Counted from the first letter of the stretch, positions 22,761-33,339 are shown. The stretch is 64,000 nt of DNA from an uncultured Acidobacteriota bacterium (GCA_963749565.1 CAVVNL010000003.1:59387-123386), one strand, 5' to 3'. Notes: generated from the sequence alone by a model not told the origin. Made by a program: numbers and translations.

Positions 22761-24587
22761 GCCGCGATGACTCGCGATGACGGCGGCGACGCGAAAAGCT
22801 CGTCGACCCACTGCCTTCGATTCTGCAATACCGCTTTTTGATTCAAGGAGCCCTTGTCAGTCATTTCGCGGGCGTCGATGGATGGCGGCAGGTCGAGGAG
22901 AAGCGCGCGCGCCACGAAGGTCGAGCTGCCTGTGCTTTGAGCGGCGAGCTCCGTCAGTAGGCGCCGGAACACCGTCTAGCACGCGCGGATCGTCGAGCAC
23001 GCGACGAACGGGCGCGTCGCCGGGCATATCAGGGCACAGGCCGCGACAGAGCTGGACGTTCGGAAACACGAGGGCCGCGACACACTCATGATCGTGGCCC
23101 GCGATCACCACGTCCTGCACGTAACCGCCTGCATGCGCGAGCATGTTGGCGCGCAGCGGTCCCACGCTGACCCACGTCCCGGTCGACAGCTTGAAGTCCT
23201 CGGCGAGCCGTCCATCGAAGATGAGGCCCTTCGCAGGATCGTCGGGATCGACGTACCGCATCGCGTCGCCCATCTTGTAGAAGCCTTCTTCATCGAACGC
23301 CTCATCGGTGAGCGACTGATCGTGCCAATATCCCGGCGTGATGTTCGGCCCGCGGACGCGCGCCTCGATCTTGCCGCCGGCCGGCGCCAGCTTGAGCTCC
23401 ATGCCGGGAGCCGGGAAGCCCACGAACCCGGCCCACGCGCCGGCCTGCCCCGTGCACAGCGCGAACGGCGCGGTTTCGGTAGCGCCGAGTCCGGTCACCC
23501 AGAGGAGCTCGTCGCCGCACGTTTCAACGGCCAGTTCCTGCAGCTCGTCGAACACGCGCTGGGTCATTCCCGCCGCGGCATAAAAGAACAGCTTCAGCCT
23601 GGAAAAGAACCGCTCGCGCAGAACCGCGTCGGCGCGCAGGTACGGCAGGAGCATGATGTAGGTCCGCGGCACGGTGAAGTGCGCCGTCGCGGCTATCTCG
23701 CGCAGGTTCCGCACCGTCGTCTCGAACGCGCCCGGCACAGGACGTCCCTCGTCGATGTAGAATGTGCCGCCGTTGTAGAGGACCAGCCCGAAGTTGTGGT
23801 TGCCGCCAGCCGTGTGGTTCCACGGCAGCCAGTCGCAGAGCACCGGCGGCTCGTCGGCGAGGAACGGCATCACGCTGCGAATCATCTCCTGGTTCGAGCA
23901 CAGCATTCGCTGCGTGTTGATCACGCCCTTCGGCCGGCCTGTCGACCCCGACGTGAAAAGGATCTTGGCGATCGTGTCCGGGCCCACCCGCGCGTGCGCC
24001 TCGTCGACGGCGGCGGTCGCAGGCGTGCGCTCGATCTCGGCAAACGGCGTGGCGGGCAATCCGTCCGGCGCCGACGCTGACACGATCAACTCGGTGCCGG
24101 ACGGCAGGACCGAACGAAGGGCCGCCTCATACGAGGCGCCTTCCGCCGCGAATACCAGGCCGGGTTTGACGCGATCGAAGATCTGACCGAGCGTACCGTA
24201 CTCGCGCGCCTGCAGCGAGTACGCCGGAGCGATCGGCGCGTACAACACGCCGGTGTGCATGGCGGCAAGCGCCAGCAGCGCATGTTCGATGCTGTTGCCC
24301 GACAGAATCAGGAGCGGCCGTTCGCTGGACAGGCGCCGGGCGAGCAACGCCTGCGACACGCGGCGCACCATGCCCAGCGTCTCCGCGTAGGTCAACGAGC
24401 GCCACTGGCCGGAGGGATCTCTCTGTGCGAGAAACGCGCGATCGCCCGCGCGATCCGCCCAATACTCGAGACGCTCGGTAAGACTCACGGGATACGCGTC
24501 CAGTCGATCACGTGATTGCAGGTAGACGATGCCATCCGGGCCGTAACGGACCGCCACGTTCGCGGACGCCATTCTGACCGATCTCAT
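22757..24587 (-). CDS. fcs: Feruloyl-CoA synthetase (frameshift at ~22973)
   Basis: LFTSGSTGRPKGV, DWLPWNHTAGGNHN, GLGATETAP, DGRLAEDFKLSTGTWVSVGPLR; the C-terminus STGSST..EMTDKGSLNQ is in the next frame. Confidence 0.9.
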
Positions 24588-24615
24588 TCGCCTTGTGTCG
24601 CGTGCGGAATCGCCA

Positions 24616-26772
24616 TCAGGATCGGCTCGCTGGCGTCTCAATCGCCTTCGGCATGGCGTCAAACTCGCGGAAAGTCGACCCCTCGTGCGCAAGTCGCACG
24701 AGCAGCGGCGCCGGTTTCCATCGGGGGCCGAGCTCGCGATGAAACGCCGCGATCCGATCGTGAATTCTGGCAAGGCCAATGGTGTCCGCGTAGAACATCG
24801 GGCCGCCCCGATGGGCAGGAAAACCATATCCGGTCAAGTAAATGACGTCGATGTCGGGCGCCCGCGATGCGACGGCTGCTTCAAGCACGCGCGCGCCCTC
24901 GTTGATGAGCGCGTAGATTGTCCGCTCGAGGATTTCCTCGTTGCTGATGTGCCGGCGGCGAATACCCGCGGACGAAGCGACCGACTCGATCAGATCGAGT
25001 ACCTCGGGATCCGGAATGGGCCTTCGATCGTCGCCGTAGCGGAACCACCCCTTGCCGGTCTTCTGTCCGAGCCGGCCAATCTCGACGAGCTTGTCCGCCG
25101 CGAGTGGTTTTCGCGCGCCGGGCTCCTCGAACTGGTGGAGCTCCTGCCGGACGCGCCAGGCCACATCGAGTCCGCCCATGTCGTCCACGGCGAAAATGCC
25201 CATCGCCATGCCCCAATCCGTGAGCACGCCGTCCACCTGCTCCGGCGTGGCGCCTTCCTCGGCCAGAAACTGCGCCTCGTACATATACGGGAACATCATC
25301 CGATTGCCGACAAACCCCGGACCATTGCGAACGACCACTCCGACTTTGCCGAGGCGCTTCGCAAACGCCAACGCGGTCGCCAGGACCTCGTCCCCTGTCG
25401 CATGGCCTCGAACGATTTCGAGCAGGCGCATCACGTGCGCCGGGCTGAAGAAGTGCAAACCGACGACCGACGCCGGCCGGTTGGTTGCCGCCGCGATTTG
25501 ATCGATATCCAGCGTGGATGTGTTTGTCGCCAGCACGCAGCCTGGCCTCGCCGAGCGATCGATGTCCGCAAAGACCTGCTGTTTCAACGCCAGGTTTTCG
25601 AACACGGCCTCGATGATCAAGTCGGCCGTCGCACAGCCGTCGTATCCGACACAACTGTGAATCAACCCGAGACGCTCGCCGACGGCCTCGGCGGACAACC
25701 GGCCGCGCGTGACCGACGACTCGTAATTCCGCCGAATGGCGGCGAGCCCTCGGTCGACCGCTTCCGGCGTGATGTCGCTGAGTGTGACTCGAAAGCCAGC
25801 GTTGGCGCAGGCCATGGCGATGCCCGCCCCCATGGTCCCCGCTCCAATGATCGCGACTGCCTTGATATCGACTACCTGCGCGTCTTTCCGAAGGCCGGGC
25901 ACTTTGGCGACGTTCCGCTCAGCGAAAAACGCGTGTACAAGCGCCCGCGCCTGATCCGAACGCACGCATTCGAGCGAGATCGCGCGCTCGCGGCGGCACC
26001 CCTCGTCGAACGGAAGCGTCACTGCCGCTTCGATCGCCTCGATGGCCCGCAGTGGCGCCGTTTGATGGCGCCGCGTGTTTCGCGCCATATCGCGGCCCTT
26101 CGCAAAGAGCGGCGCGTTCGATTCAGCCGTCCCCAGTTTGTCGGCGCGGTCGCGGGTTTTGGGATGCGGCGCGCCGAGGCGAACGACGTCCCGCGCAAAC
26201 GCGACGGCGCCGCTTGTCAGGTCTCCTTCGATCACCTGATCGATCAATCCGGCTCGCTTCGCGTCCTCGGCGCCAATCGGCTTGCCGGTCACGCACATCT
26301 CGATGGCTTTCTCCACGCCCACGAGTCGCGTCAGCCGCTGCGTCCCTTCTGCCCCTGGAATGATTCCGAGATTGACCTCTGGTTGACCCATCCGAGCGTC
26401 CGGAACCGCGACACGATAGTGCCCGGCCATCGCAAGTTCCAGCCCGCCGCCGAGTGCGCTGCCGTGTATCGCCATGACGATCGGTTTGGGAACCTCTTCC
26501 ACGAGGCGCAGCAGATCGTGAAGGTCCGGCGGTTCGGCGGTGCTCCACGCGGCCTGTTCCAGCTCCTTGATGTCGGCGCCGGCGACAAACGTCCTGCCGG
26601 CGCCCACGACGACGATGGCATCGATCGCCGCATCGTCGGCGAGCCGTGCGACGACGGCCGGCAGTTCCTCACGGACCTCGCGGCTGAGGGCGTTGACCGG
26701 CGGATTGTCGATCTGCACGACGGCAATGCCGTCCATGGTTGTGACGGAGACTTGCTTCATTTGCGCGGACAT
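24616..26772 (-). CDS. Bifunctional enoyl-CoA hydratase / 3-hydroxyacyl-CoA dehydrogenase (FadB/PimF-like)
   Basis: NPPVNAL, FVAGADIKE, ALGGGLELA, PEVNLGIIPG; GAGTMGAGIA, LATNTSTL, GLHFFSPA and GFVGNR. Confidence 0.95.
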   Translation of the reverse strand: MSAQMKQVSVTTMDGIAVVQIDNPPVNALSREVREELPAVVARLADDAAIDAIVVVGAGRTFVAGADIKELEQAAWSTAEPPDLHDLLRLVEEVPKPIVMAIHGSALGGGLELAMAGHYRVAVPDARMGQPEVNLGIIPGAEGTQRLTRLVGVEKAIEMCVTGKPIGAEDAKRAGLIDQVIEGDLTSGAVAFARDVVRLGAPHPKTRDRADKLGTAESNAPLFAKGRDMARNTRRHQTAPLRAIEAIEAAVTLPFDEGCRRERAISLECVRSDQARALVHAFFAERNVAKVPGLRKDAQVVDIKAVAIIGAGTMGAGIAMACANAGFRVTLSDITPEAVDRGLAAIRRNYESSVTRGRLSAEAVGERLGLIHSCVGYDGCATADLIIEAVFENLALKQQVFADIDRSARPGCVLATNTSTLDIDQIAAATNRPASVVGLHFFSPAHVMRLLEIVRGHATGDEVLATALAFAKRLGKVGVVVRNGPGFVGNRMMFPYMYEAQFLAEEGATPEQVDGVLTDWGMAMGIFAVDDMGGLDVAWRVRQELHQFEEPGARKPLAADKLVEIGRLGQKTGKGWFRYGDDRRPIPDPEVLDLIESVASSAGIRRRHISNEEILERTIYALINEGARVLEAAVASRAPDIDVIYLTGYGFPAHRGGPMFYADTIGLARIHDRIAAFHRELGPRWKPAPLLVRLAHEGSTFREFDAMPKAIETPASRS

Positions 26773-26787
26773 GGGCTTTAGAAGATA

Positions 26788-28131
26788 TTAGGGCATCGCC
26801 GCGGAATCGGTCCTGTACGGCCGGCAGGTGAACAGGAACGCGAGAAGCATCAGCGTAGCCGCCATCGCGGTCGAGAGCGCGAGAGACACGCCAATCATCA
26901 GCTCCGACCGCCACACGTTGTCGCTGATCCAGGCGGGCACGAAGGGGCCCAGCGTCTGGCCGCCCAGGTTCAGGATCAGCAGAAACAGCGCGGAGATCTG
27001 GCCGCGCACCTGGTTGGGCAGGATCCACTGCAGCGCCGCATAGACCACCCCCATCGGGAGTCCGAGGAAGAACAGCGCCGGCGCGAACCAGATCAACATC
27101 ACGTCACTTGTCCGCGCGGTCAGCGCCAGAGTGAACAGCACGCCGATGCCGATGGCGCTGATGATTCCGACCCGCATCGGCGCGTCGGCGATGCCGAGCT
27201 TCCGCCAGCGGTCCGTCAGCGCGCCTCCGGCAAACATGCCGAGACAACCGAAGCAGACGATCAGAATGCCCAGGCGATTGCCCGCCTGGCTCGGCGTCCA
27301 ACCGTGAACCCGCTGCAGCACTGAGGGTGTCCAGAACAGGATGCCGTATGCGCACATCGACTGGAAGACCATCGCGATCGAAATACCGATGATCGACTGC
27401 CATCGTGCGCGTCCCTGCTCGACCACCTGACGCATCGTGAGCGCGGACGGACGCCCCTCGCGGTCGAGCAGCAGATCGCGGCGCGCCGGCTCGCGCAGCG
27501 TCGCCACCCACGCGGCGATCAACAGGCCCGGGAGCCCCACGATGAGGAACGTCAGGCGCCAGGAGGCAACGGTGCCGAAGACGGGCAGGTCGATCGTGGG
27601 GACTTGGGTCGTCGCCTGCACCACGGTGCCGCCCACAAGGAGCGCAAGGCCGGAGCCGATGAAGATCCCCATCGAGTACACGCTCATCGCGCGCCCGAGA
27701 TGCCTTCTCGGAAACGAATCCGCAATCATCGAAAAGGCCCCCGGCGCCAGCGTCGCCTCGCCGACTCCGACACCCATGCGCGCGAAGAACAGCGACCAGA
27801 AGCTCTTTGCGCCGGCACACGACGTGGTCATGACCGACCAGACCAGCACGCCCACGGAAATGAGCCGACGCCGGTTCCATCTGTCGGCGATGCGCCCCAT
27901 CGGCAACCCGAGTGTTGTGTACAGGAGCGCGAACGCGAGCCCCTGCAACACCGATACGCGCGTATCGCTGATGCCGAGATCCCGCTTGATGGGCGCCACG
28001 AGCAGGCTGAGGATCTGGCGATCGACAAACGCCAGCGTGTAACAGACCATCAGCACGAAGAGCACGTACACGGGGTATCCAAGACGCAGCGGCTCGTCGA
28101 TTCTCGTCTCTGAGACTGGTGACGGCAACAT
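26788..28131 (-). CDS. MFS transporter (spinster-like)
   Basis: AFVDRQILSLLV, motif A GRIADRWNRR, RMGVGVGEA and ~12 hydrophobic segments. ATG at 28131 lies 7 nt after TAGAAT, suggesting a leaderless mRNA. Confidence 0.92.
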   Translation of the reverse strand: MLPSPVSETRIDEPLRLGYPVYVLFVLMVCYTLAFVDRQILSLLVAPIKRDLGISDTRVSVLQGLAFALLYTTLGLPMGRIADRWNRRRLISVGVLVWSVMTTSCAGAKSFWSLFFARMGVGVGEATLAPGAFSMIADSFPRRHLGRAMSVYSMGIFIGSGLALLVGGTVVQATTQVPTIDLPVFGTVASWRLTFLIVGLPGLLIAAWVATLREPARRDLLLDREGRPSALTMRQVVEQGRARWQSIIGISIAMVFQSMCAYGILFWTPSVLQRVHGWTPSQAGNRLGILIVCFGCLGMFAGGALTDRWRKLGIADAPMRVGIISAIGIGVLFTLALTARTSDVMLIWFAPALFFLGLPMGVVYAALQWILPNQVRGQISALFLLILNLGGQTLGPFVPAWISDNVWRSELMIGVSLALSTAMAATLMLLAFLFTCRPYRTDSAAMP

Positions 28132-28138
28132 GGCTGCG

Positions 28139-28182
28139 ATTCTACCGGCGCAGGCAGTCCTCTTCGAACAAAGTTTCGGCAA
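28139..28182 (-). promoter_or_regulatory. Conserved promoter element TTGCCG-N4-TTTG plus TAGAAT -10
   Basis: Element begins 38 nt upstream of the -10 start, as at 35835 and 44805. Confidence 0.55.
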
Positions 28183-28244
28183 TCCCGGACGATAGGCCGC
28201 ATTAGCGGGGTGTCGGCGGTTAACGGACGGCGGCCGCGGGCCGC

Positions 28245-28520
28245 GTCGAACGATCGATCGCGAACTCGCTCTGTTTTGGCGGCTCCATCAACGGACGGCA
28301 GGTCGCCTTCGGCCGCGTGGTGAGCGATTACGCGGTCTTCGGCTATCTCTCTGACATCTTCGTGATTCCGGAGTGTCGCGGCCAGGCGATCGGCCGGCGG
28401 CTCGTGCGCGCGATGCTGGAACATCCGGATGTGGCGGGACTCAAAGTCGTGCTGCTGCGCACCCGCGACGCGCACGGGGTGCACCGCCCGTTCGGCTTCA
28501 AGGAGCTGCCTGACGCCTCT
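28245..28520 (+). pseudogene. 5'-truncated GNAT acetyltransferase
   Basis: VERSIANSLCFG..RQVAFGRVVSDYAVFGYLSDIFVIPECRGQAIGRRL..LLRTRDAHG..FGF; no start codon or N-terminus, and it reads on into the next gene. Confidence 0.7.
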
Positions 28521-28643
28521 ACGAAACTCGCCACTCGTCTGAAGGTCTGCCTCTCCGATCCTGGGGCGGTTCGCCTCACTTCCGTTCTGGCCGGACTCGG
28601 TGTACCCTCGTCGCGTCAGAACATGCCGGTAGGAGGAATAGTG

Positions 28644-29420
28644 ATGCGGAAAGCCTTGTGCGCCGCTCTCGGATGCGTCTCCTTTGTCGGCCTCGCGGCC
28701 GGCTTCGCGGCCGCGCAACAGCCGGCGGCGGTGCGGCCTGTCGACGCTGCCCGGGACAAGCCCGACTTCACGGGTGTCTGGACCAACTACACCGCGCCCG
28801 GCCAGGCCGGCGGCGGCGGGCGTGGCGCCGGCGCCGGCGCCGCCCTGCCGTTCACCGAAGAGGCCAGGAAGAAGATCGCCGCGTATCGCGCGCTGGTCAC
28901 CCCCACCAGCGAGACGCCCGGCGGCTACTGCCTCGGCACGGGGATGCCCGGCTCGATGCTCGGATCGGGAGGCTATCCGATGGAGATCCATCAACGGCCC
29001 GAGCAGATCATGATCGTCTACGAGGCGCACAGCGAGATCAGGCGCATCTACCTCGGCGACCGTATCCCTCTGGAAGAAAACCGGCTTCCGGGCCGCAACG
29101 GCACCTCCACCGCCCGTTGGGAAGGCGACACTCTGGTGGTCGAAACGACCCATCTCAGGGAGCAGGTGGACCAGCAACGTGCGCACAGTGACCAGGCGCG
29201 CATCGTCGAGCGCTATCGTCTCGAGCAGGGGGCGAAGGGTGAGAAGGTTCTGTTTGCCGAATTGACGATGACCGATCCTGTGTTTTATACCGAGCCGCTG
29301 AAAGCGGAAAAGCGCTGGGCGTTGGTGCCAAACGGCCACCTGCTGCCGTACGAGTGCAACGAGGAAGTCTGGATCAAGCGCCTCGAAGAGCTCGAACGGA
29401 AGGCAGCCACGGGTAAGTAG
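28644..29420 (+). CDS. Secreted hypothetical protein (DUF6152 partner domain)
   Basis: AGGAGG RBS; signal peptide; KPDFTGVW, YCLGTGMP, RWEGDTLVVETT, HSDQARIVERY, DPVFYTEP and YECNE. Confidence 0.8.
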   Translation: MRKALCAALGCVSFVGLAAGFAAAQQPAAVRPVDAARDKPDFTGVWTNYTAPGQAGGGGRGAGAGAALPFTEEARKKIAAYRALVTPTSETPGGYCLGTGMPGSMLGSGGYPMEIHQRPEQIMIVYEAHSEIRRIYLGDRIPLEENRLPGRNGTSTARWEGDTLVVETTHLREQVDQQRAHSDQARIVERYRLEQGAKGEKVLFAELTMTDPVFYTEPLKAEKRWALVPNGHLLPYECNEEVWIKRLEELERKAATGK

Positions 29421-29464
29421 AGGGAAGGGCGCCAAGCCGTTCCGGGAGACTGAGAGGAGAAGCC

Positions 29465-29878
29465 ATGAAACGGTTCACGATCCTGGCAATCGCGGTAATG
29501 CTCGGCGCCGCAGGCAGCACGCTCACGGCGCACCACTCGGCGGCGCAGTTCGACTTCGGCAAGTCAGTGGCGGTCAACGGCGTCGTGGTGAAGTTCCTCG
29601 CGATCAATCCGCACATGCAGCTCGTGCTGCGCGTCACGGATGCCAAAGGGACCCGCGACATCGAGTTCGAAGGCCACAGCACGAACAACATGTTTCGAGC
29701 CGGCTACCGCGACAAGATGATCAAGGTGGGCGACAAGATCACGGTGTTAACGGCGCCGTTGCGCTCGGGCGCAGACGGCGGTTACGTCACGGCGGCCACC
29801 ACGGCAAGCGGGCAGCGTTTCGGCGCGCGGTCGTCCGCCGAAGCCGCAGCCGAGCGGGCGAAAGCGGAAGGCAAGTAG
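29465..29878 (+). CDS. DUF6152 family secreted protein
   Basis: Signal peptide then AHHSAAQFD..V.GVV.KF..INPH..L..KVGDKITV; GAGGAG RBS. Confidence 0.85.
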   Translation: MKRFTILAIAVMLGAAGSTLTAHHSAAQFDFGKSVAVNGVVVKFLAINPHMQLVLRVTDAKGTRDIEFEGHSTNNMFRAGYRDKMIKVGDKITVLTAPLRSGADGGYVTAATTASGQRFGARSSAEAAAERAKAEGK

Positions 29879-29929
29879 GACGGTCCACTAGCTCCGGAAC
29901 CCGTTGCGTGTAGTAGCCTCAGCGGCTGT

Positions 29930-31288
29930 ATGACACGACTGATCACGGCGTGCACGGCCTCCCTCGTGTTGTTGCTGCTCTCGCCCGGACCCTCGGCGCA
30001 GACCGTGTATCCCACCGGGACGACGATCTACGACCCGGATCGGTCCTGGAACGGATTCACGGTGCTGTCGCCGCTCGGGACGCAGGCCGTGCTCGTCATC
30101 GACATGAACGGCACCGTGGTCAAGCGCTGGGACGGCCTCAACAACTCGGCAGGCGGTCCGGCGCGCGTGTTGCCCGGAGGACACGTCGTCGCCGCCAGCG
30201 GAGCGCGTCCGCCGCATCAGGAGTCGCTGGAACTGATTCAGCGCGACTTTGACGGGAAGGTCGTCTGGCAGTTCGATCGCGGCGAGCAGATCAAAACGCC
30301 CCAGGGGATGGTCTGGTCGGCGCGTCAGCACCACGACTGGCAGCGCAATGACTTCCCGGCCGGTTACTACTCGCCGGAGTACACGCCCTCGACCGCGGCG
30401 CGCACGACGCTGATCCTGGCGCACGCCGAGCGGATGCAGCCGAACGTCGCCGACGTGATGCTCGGAGACGACCGGCTCATCGAGGTCAACGAGAAGGGCG
30501 ACATCGTGTGGGAGTGGCTGGCAGCCGACCACATCGACGAGATGGGGTTCGCGCCGGACGCGCGGGCGGTGATCAAGGCAGCCGCCGCATTCAACAAGGC
30601 GCGCGGCAGCTTCGACTGGCTGCACGTCAACTCGGCGACCTACGTCGGTCCGAACCAGTGGTACGACAAAGGCGACAGGCGCTTCGCGCCGGACAACGTC
30701 ATTATCAGCAGCCGCGAGGCCAGCATCATCGCCATCGTCGCTCGGGACGGGTCAATCGTATGGAGGATGGGACCCGACTTCAGCGCGTCGCCGGAGCTGC
30801 GCGCGATCCGGCAGATCATCGGTCAGCATCATCCACACCTGATTCCCAAGGGGCTGCCGGGCGCGGGGAATCTCCTCGTCTTCGACAACGGCGGCTCGAG
30901 CGGCTACGGTTTTGCCAGCCCGATCGCGCCCGAGGGACGGGGCGCGTTCCAGCGCGCGGCCTCGCGGGTGCTCGAGATCAACCCGGTGACGCTGGAGCTC
31001 GGCTGGTCCTACACGAACGCCCGGTTCTTCAGCACCAACATCAGCGGCGCGCAGCGCCTGCCGAACGGCAACACGCTCATCACCGCCGGCGCCGGCGGAC
31101 GGATGTTCGAGGTCACGCGCGAAGGCGCCATCGTCTGGGAATACATGTTCCCGATGTTCAGCGGCGCCAACCAGTCGAACGCGGTCTACCGCGCCTACCG
31201 CCTGCCGTACGCGTGGATTCCACAGCTGCCGATTCCCGCGCCGCGTCGCGTGACCCCTCCGCCGCCTGGCGACTTCAGGGTGCCGTGA
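29930..31288 (+). CDS. Arylsulfotransferase (ASST) family protein
   Basis: VYPTGTTIYDP, ARQHHDWQR, DWLHVNS, IIGQHH, LLVFDNG and ISGAQRLPNGNTLIT. Confidence 0.88.
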   Translation: MTRLITACTASLVLLLLSPGPSAQTVYPTGTTIYDPDRSWNGFTVLSPLGTQAVLVIDMNGTVVKRWDGLNNSAGGPARVLPGGHVVAASGARPPHQESLELIQRDFDGKVVWQFDRGEQIKTPQGMVWSARQHHDWQRNDFPAGYYSPEYTPSTAARTTLILAHAERMQPNVADVMLGDDRLIEVNEKGDIVWEWLAADHIDEMGFAPDARAVIKAAAAFNKARGSFDWLHVNSATYVGPNQWYDKGDRRFAPDNVIISSREASIIAIVARDGSIVWRMGPDFSASPELRAIRQIIGQHHPHLIPKGLPGAGNLLVFDNGGSSGYGFASPIAPEGRGAFQRAASRVLEINPVTLELGWSYTNARFFSTNISGAQRLPNGNTLITAGAGGRMFEVTREGAIVWEYMFPMFSGANQSNAVYRAYRLPYAWIPQLPIPAPRRVTPPPPGDFRVP

Positions 31289-31410
31289 GCTGACGCGAAA
31301 AGTCGGCCGCACGGGCATCTCGAACCGCTCGCGAATGCGGTTTGCCGTTGTCGCCGTTGTAGACGTCGAAGGTGTGCCGCACGTCGAGGTGCCGCAGCGC
31401 GTCGGCGCGA
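31285..31410 (-). pseudogene. Degenerate C-terminal remnant of an esterase-like gene
   Basis: Frame-broken ADALRHLDVRHTFDVYNGD / NRIRERFE / FSRQL resembles a catalytic-His C-terminus. Confidence 0.35.
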
Positions 31411-31428
31411 GACTGGTCCGGTGACACG

Positions 31429-31478
31429 TTTTGACGGTTTTTTTGCGGCTCTTCGTCACGGGCGCCGCGGATTATGAT
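31429..31478 (+). promoter_or_regulatory. Conserved promoter element TTGACG-N4-TTTTG plus TATGAT -10
   Basis: 15-nt exact reverse-complement match to 18879..18893; TATGAT at 31473. Confidence 0.6.
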
Positions 31479-31575
31479 AGGACGCCATTCATGAGGGGAA
31501 ACAGGGCATGTTGAACGTCGTTTTGAAGTCCGCTGCGGGAGCGTTGGCGATCGCGCCGCAGCCGGCAGCCAATAA

Positions 31576-33339
31576 ATGAAAAAGACGGCCGGGATCGGCG
31601 CGTGTGCGGCCGCCGCGGTGGCACTCTTCGCGTGGCAGGCGGGCGCGGCCGCGCAGGAATTTGGAGCGAACGCATTCGTGACGGCTGCCGAGTGCACGGC
31701 CGCCAGAGTGGGGACGTCGATCGCGCCATCTGCAATTGGTGAACCGGTCAGAGCCGTCACGCTGTCTGAGCCGACCTGGGTCGACGCCACGAACACCGCT
31801 CCGGCGCACTGCCGCGTGAATGGGTCGATGGCGCCGATCGACGCGACTCCTACCTCGCGGCATATCAACTTCAGCGTCGCGCTGCCGGCGTCGTGGAGCC
31901 GTCGCGCGGCGCAGCTTGGCGGCGGCGGCTTCAACGGCGTCGTGCCGAATCTGACCGGCGGGAACTCGCCGCTCGCGCGCGGCTTTGCGACTTACGGCAG
32001 CGATTCCGGCCACCAGGCGTCCTTCGGCGGGCGCCGCGGCGGCGGGCCTCCGGCAGCGGGTGCGGACCCCTCGGGGGCGCGGGGGGAGAGACCAGCGTCA
32101 TCCGATGACTGGACGCTCAACGACGAAGCGATCGCCAACCTCGGCTACCTGCAGATGAAGAAGACGCGCGACGCCGCGATGGTGATCATCGAGCGCATCT
32201 ACGGCGCGCGTCCGCGTTTCAACTACTACATCGGCAGTTCGCAGGGAGGCCGCGAGGCGCTCACCGTGGCGCAGCGGTATCCCGCCGACTACGACGGCAT
32301 CTCCGCCACCGTGCCGATTGTCGGCTTCTCGACGCTGATGCTCGCTCCCGAGCTGATTCGCATTCACGAGAAGCCGCTCGCCAACTGGGTCACGCCCGCC
32401 AAGGTCAACGCGATCCGCGGCGAGTTCATGCGCCAGTGCGACGGGCTCGACGGGCTGGCCGACGGCATCATCAACCACTACATGGGGTGCCGCGCGCTCT
32501 TCGACGGTACGCAGATCGCCCCGAGCCGCCGACCGTGGGCCGCGAAGCGCTGTCCGAACAATGTCGACCCGGATCCCGTGGACACGAGCGCCAACGCGTG
32601 CCTGACCGACGGACAGATCTCGACACTGGAACTCACGTATTCGCGCTACCGGTTTGCCTCGCCGCTCGCGCATGGAGCGCAGACGTTCGGCATGTGGGTC
32701 CCGAACACCGACCCCTCGGGCAGCGGGCTGATTCTGAACACGCGATTCAGAGGGCAGGAAGGCGCCGCCGCGGACGCGGCGATGCATTCGCATCTGGGTG
32801 TGCTGGGCGTGACCGGGTTTCTGATGAAGGACCTGTCCGCCAATCCGCTCGACTATGTCGAGGGAGGCGCGTTCAATCGACGCCGGCAGGAGCTCTCGGC
32901 GACCCTCGACTCGACGAATCCGGACCTGTCAGCCTTTCAGAAGCGCGGCGGGAAGCTGATCGTCACGATCGGCACCAACGACACGCTGGCCTCTCCCGGT
33001 GCGCAACTCGATTACTACCAGGCCGTCCTCGATCGCATGGGCCGCGCAAGCGTGGATCGATTCGCGCGCCTGTTCGTGATGCCGCAGGCCGGACACGGCT
33101 TGAGCGGCACGAACTACGGGACGGACGGAGAAGGGCGCACGATCCCCAGCGCCCCGATTCCGAACCGCTACGATCAGGTCGGCCTGCTCATCGACTGGGT
33201 GGAGAACGACACCGCCCCGGGAATGTCGGTGACGGTCACCGCCGGCGAGAGGAGCCTTCCCCTGTGCTCCTATCCGACATATCCACGGTACGTCGGTGGC
33301 GCGCACGGCGCAGCCGGCTCGTATCAGTGCGCCCGATGA
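31576..33339 (+). CDS. Secreted tannase/feruloyl esterase family alpha/beta hydrolase
   Basis: PAHCRVNG, GGGGFNG, LARGFATYGSDSGH, YYIGSSQGGREA, AQRYPADYDG, CDGLDGLADG, NPDLSAF..RGGKLI and PLCSYPTYPRY. Confidence 0.92.
   Translation: MKKTAGIGACAAAAVALFAWQAGAAAQEFGANAFVTAAECTAARVGTSIAPSAIGEPVRAVTLSEPTWVDATNTAPAHCRVNGSMAPIDATPTSRHINFSVALPASWSRRAAQLGGGGFNGVVPNLTGGNSPLARGFATYGSDSGHQASFGGRRGGGPPAAGADPSGARGERPASSDDWTLNDEAIANLGYLQMKKTRDAAMVIIERIYGARPRFNYYIGSSQGGREALTVAQRYPADYDGISATVPIVGFSTLMLAPELIRIHEKPLANWVTPAKVNAIRGEFMRQCDGLDGLADGIINHYMGCRALFDGTQIAPSRRPWAAKRCPNNVDPDPVDTSANACLTDGQISTLELTYSRYRFASPLAHGAQTFGMWVPNTDPSGSGLILNTRFRGQEGAAADAAMHSHLGVLGVTGFLMKDLSANPLDYVEGGAFNRRRQELSATLDSTNPDLSAFQKRGGKLIVTIGTNDTLASPGAQLDYYQAVLDRMGRASVDRFARLFVMPQAGHGLSGTNYGTDGEGRTIPSAPIPNRYDQVGLLIDWVENDTAPGMSVTVTAGERSLPLCSYPTYPRYVGGAHGAAGSYQCAR

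Noticed and set aside
15360-22980. Programmed ribosomal frameshifting in the TonB receptor, VOC and fcs genes
   Set aside because: No slippery heptamers or shared context; the pattern fits single-base sequencing indels.
28317-29420. Apparent GNAT-secreted protein fusion (367-aa ORF)
   Set aside because: Strong AGGAGG and a signal peptide at 28644; the GNAT part is 5'-truncated.
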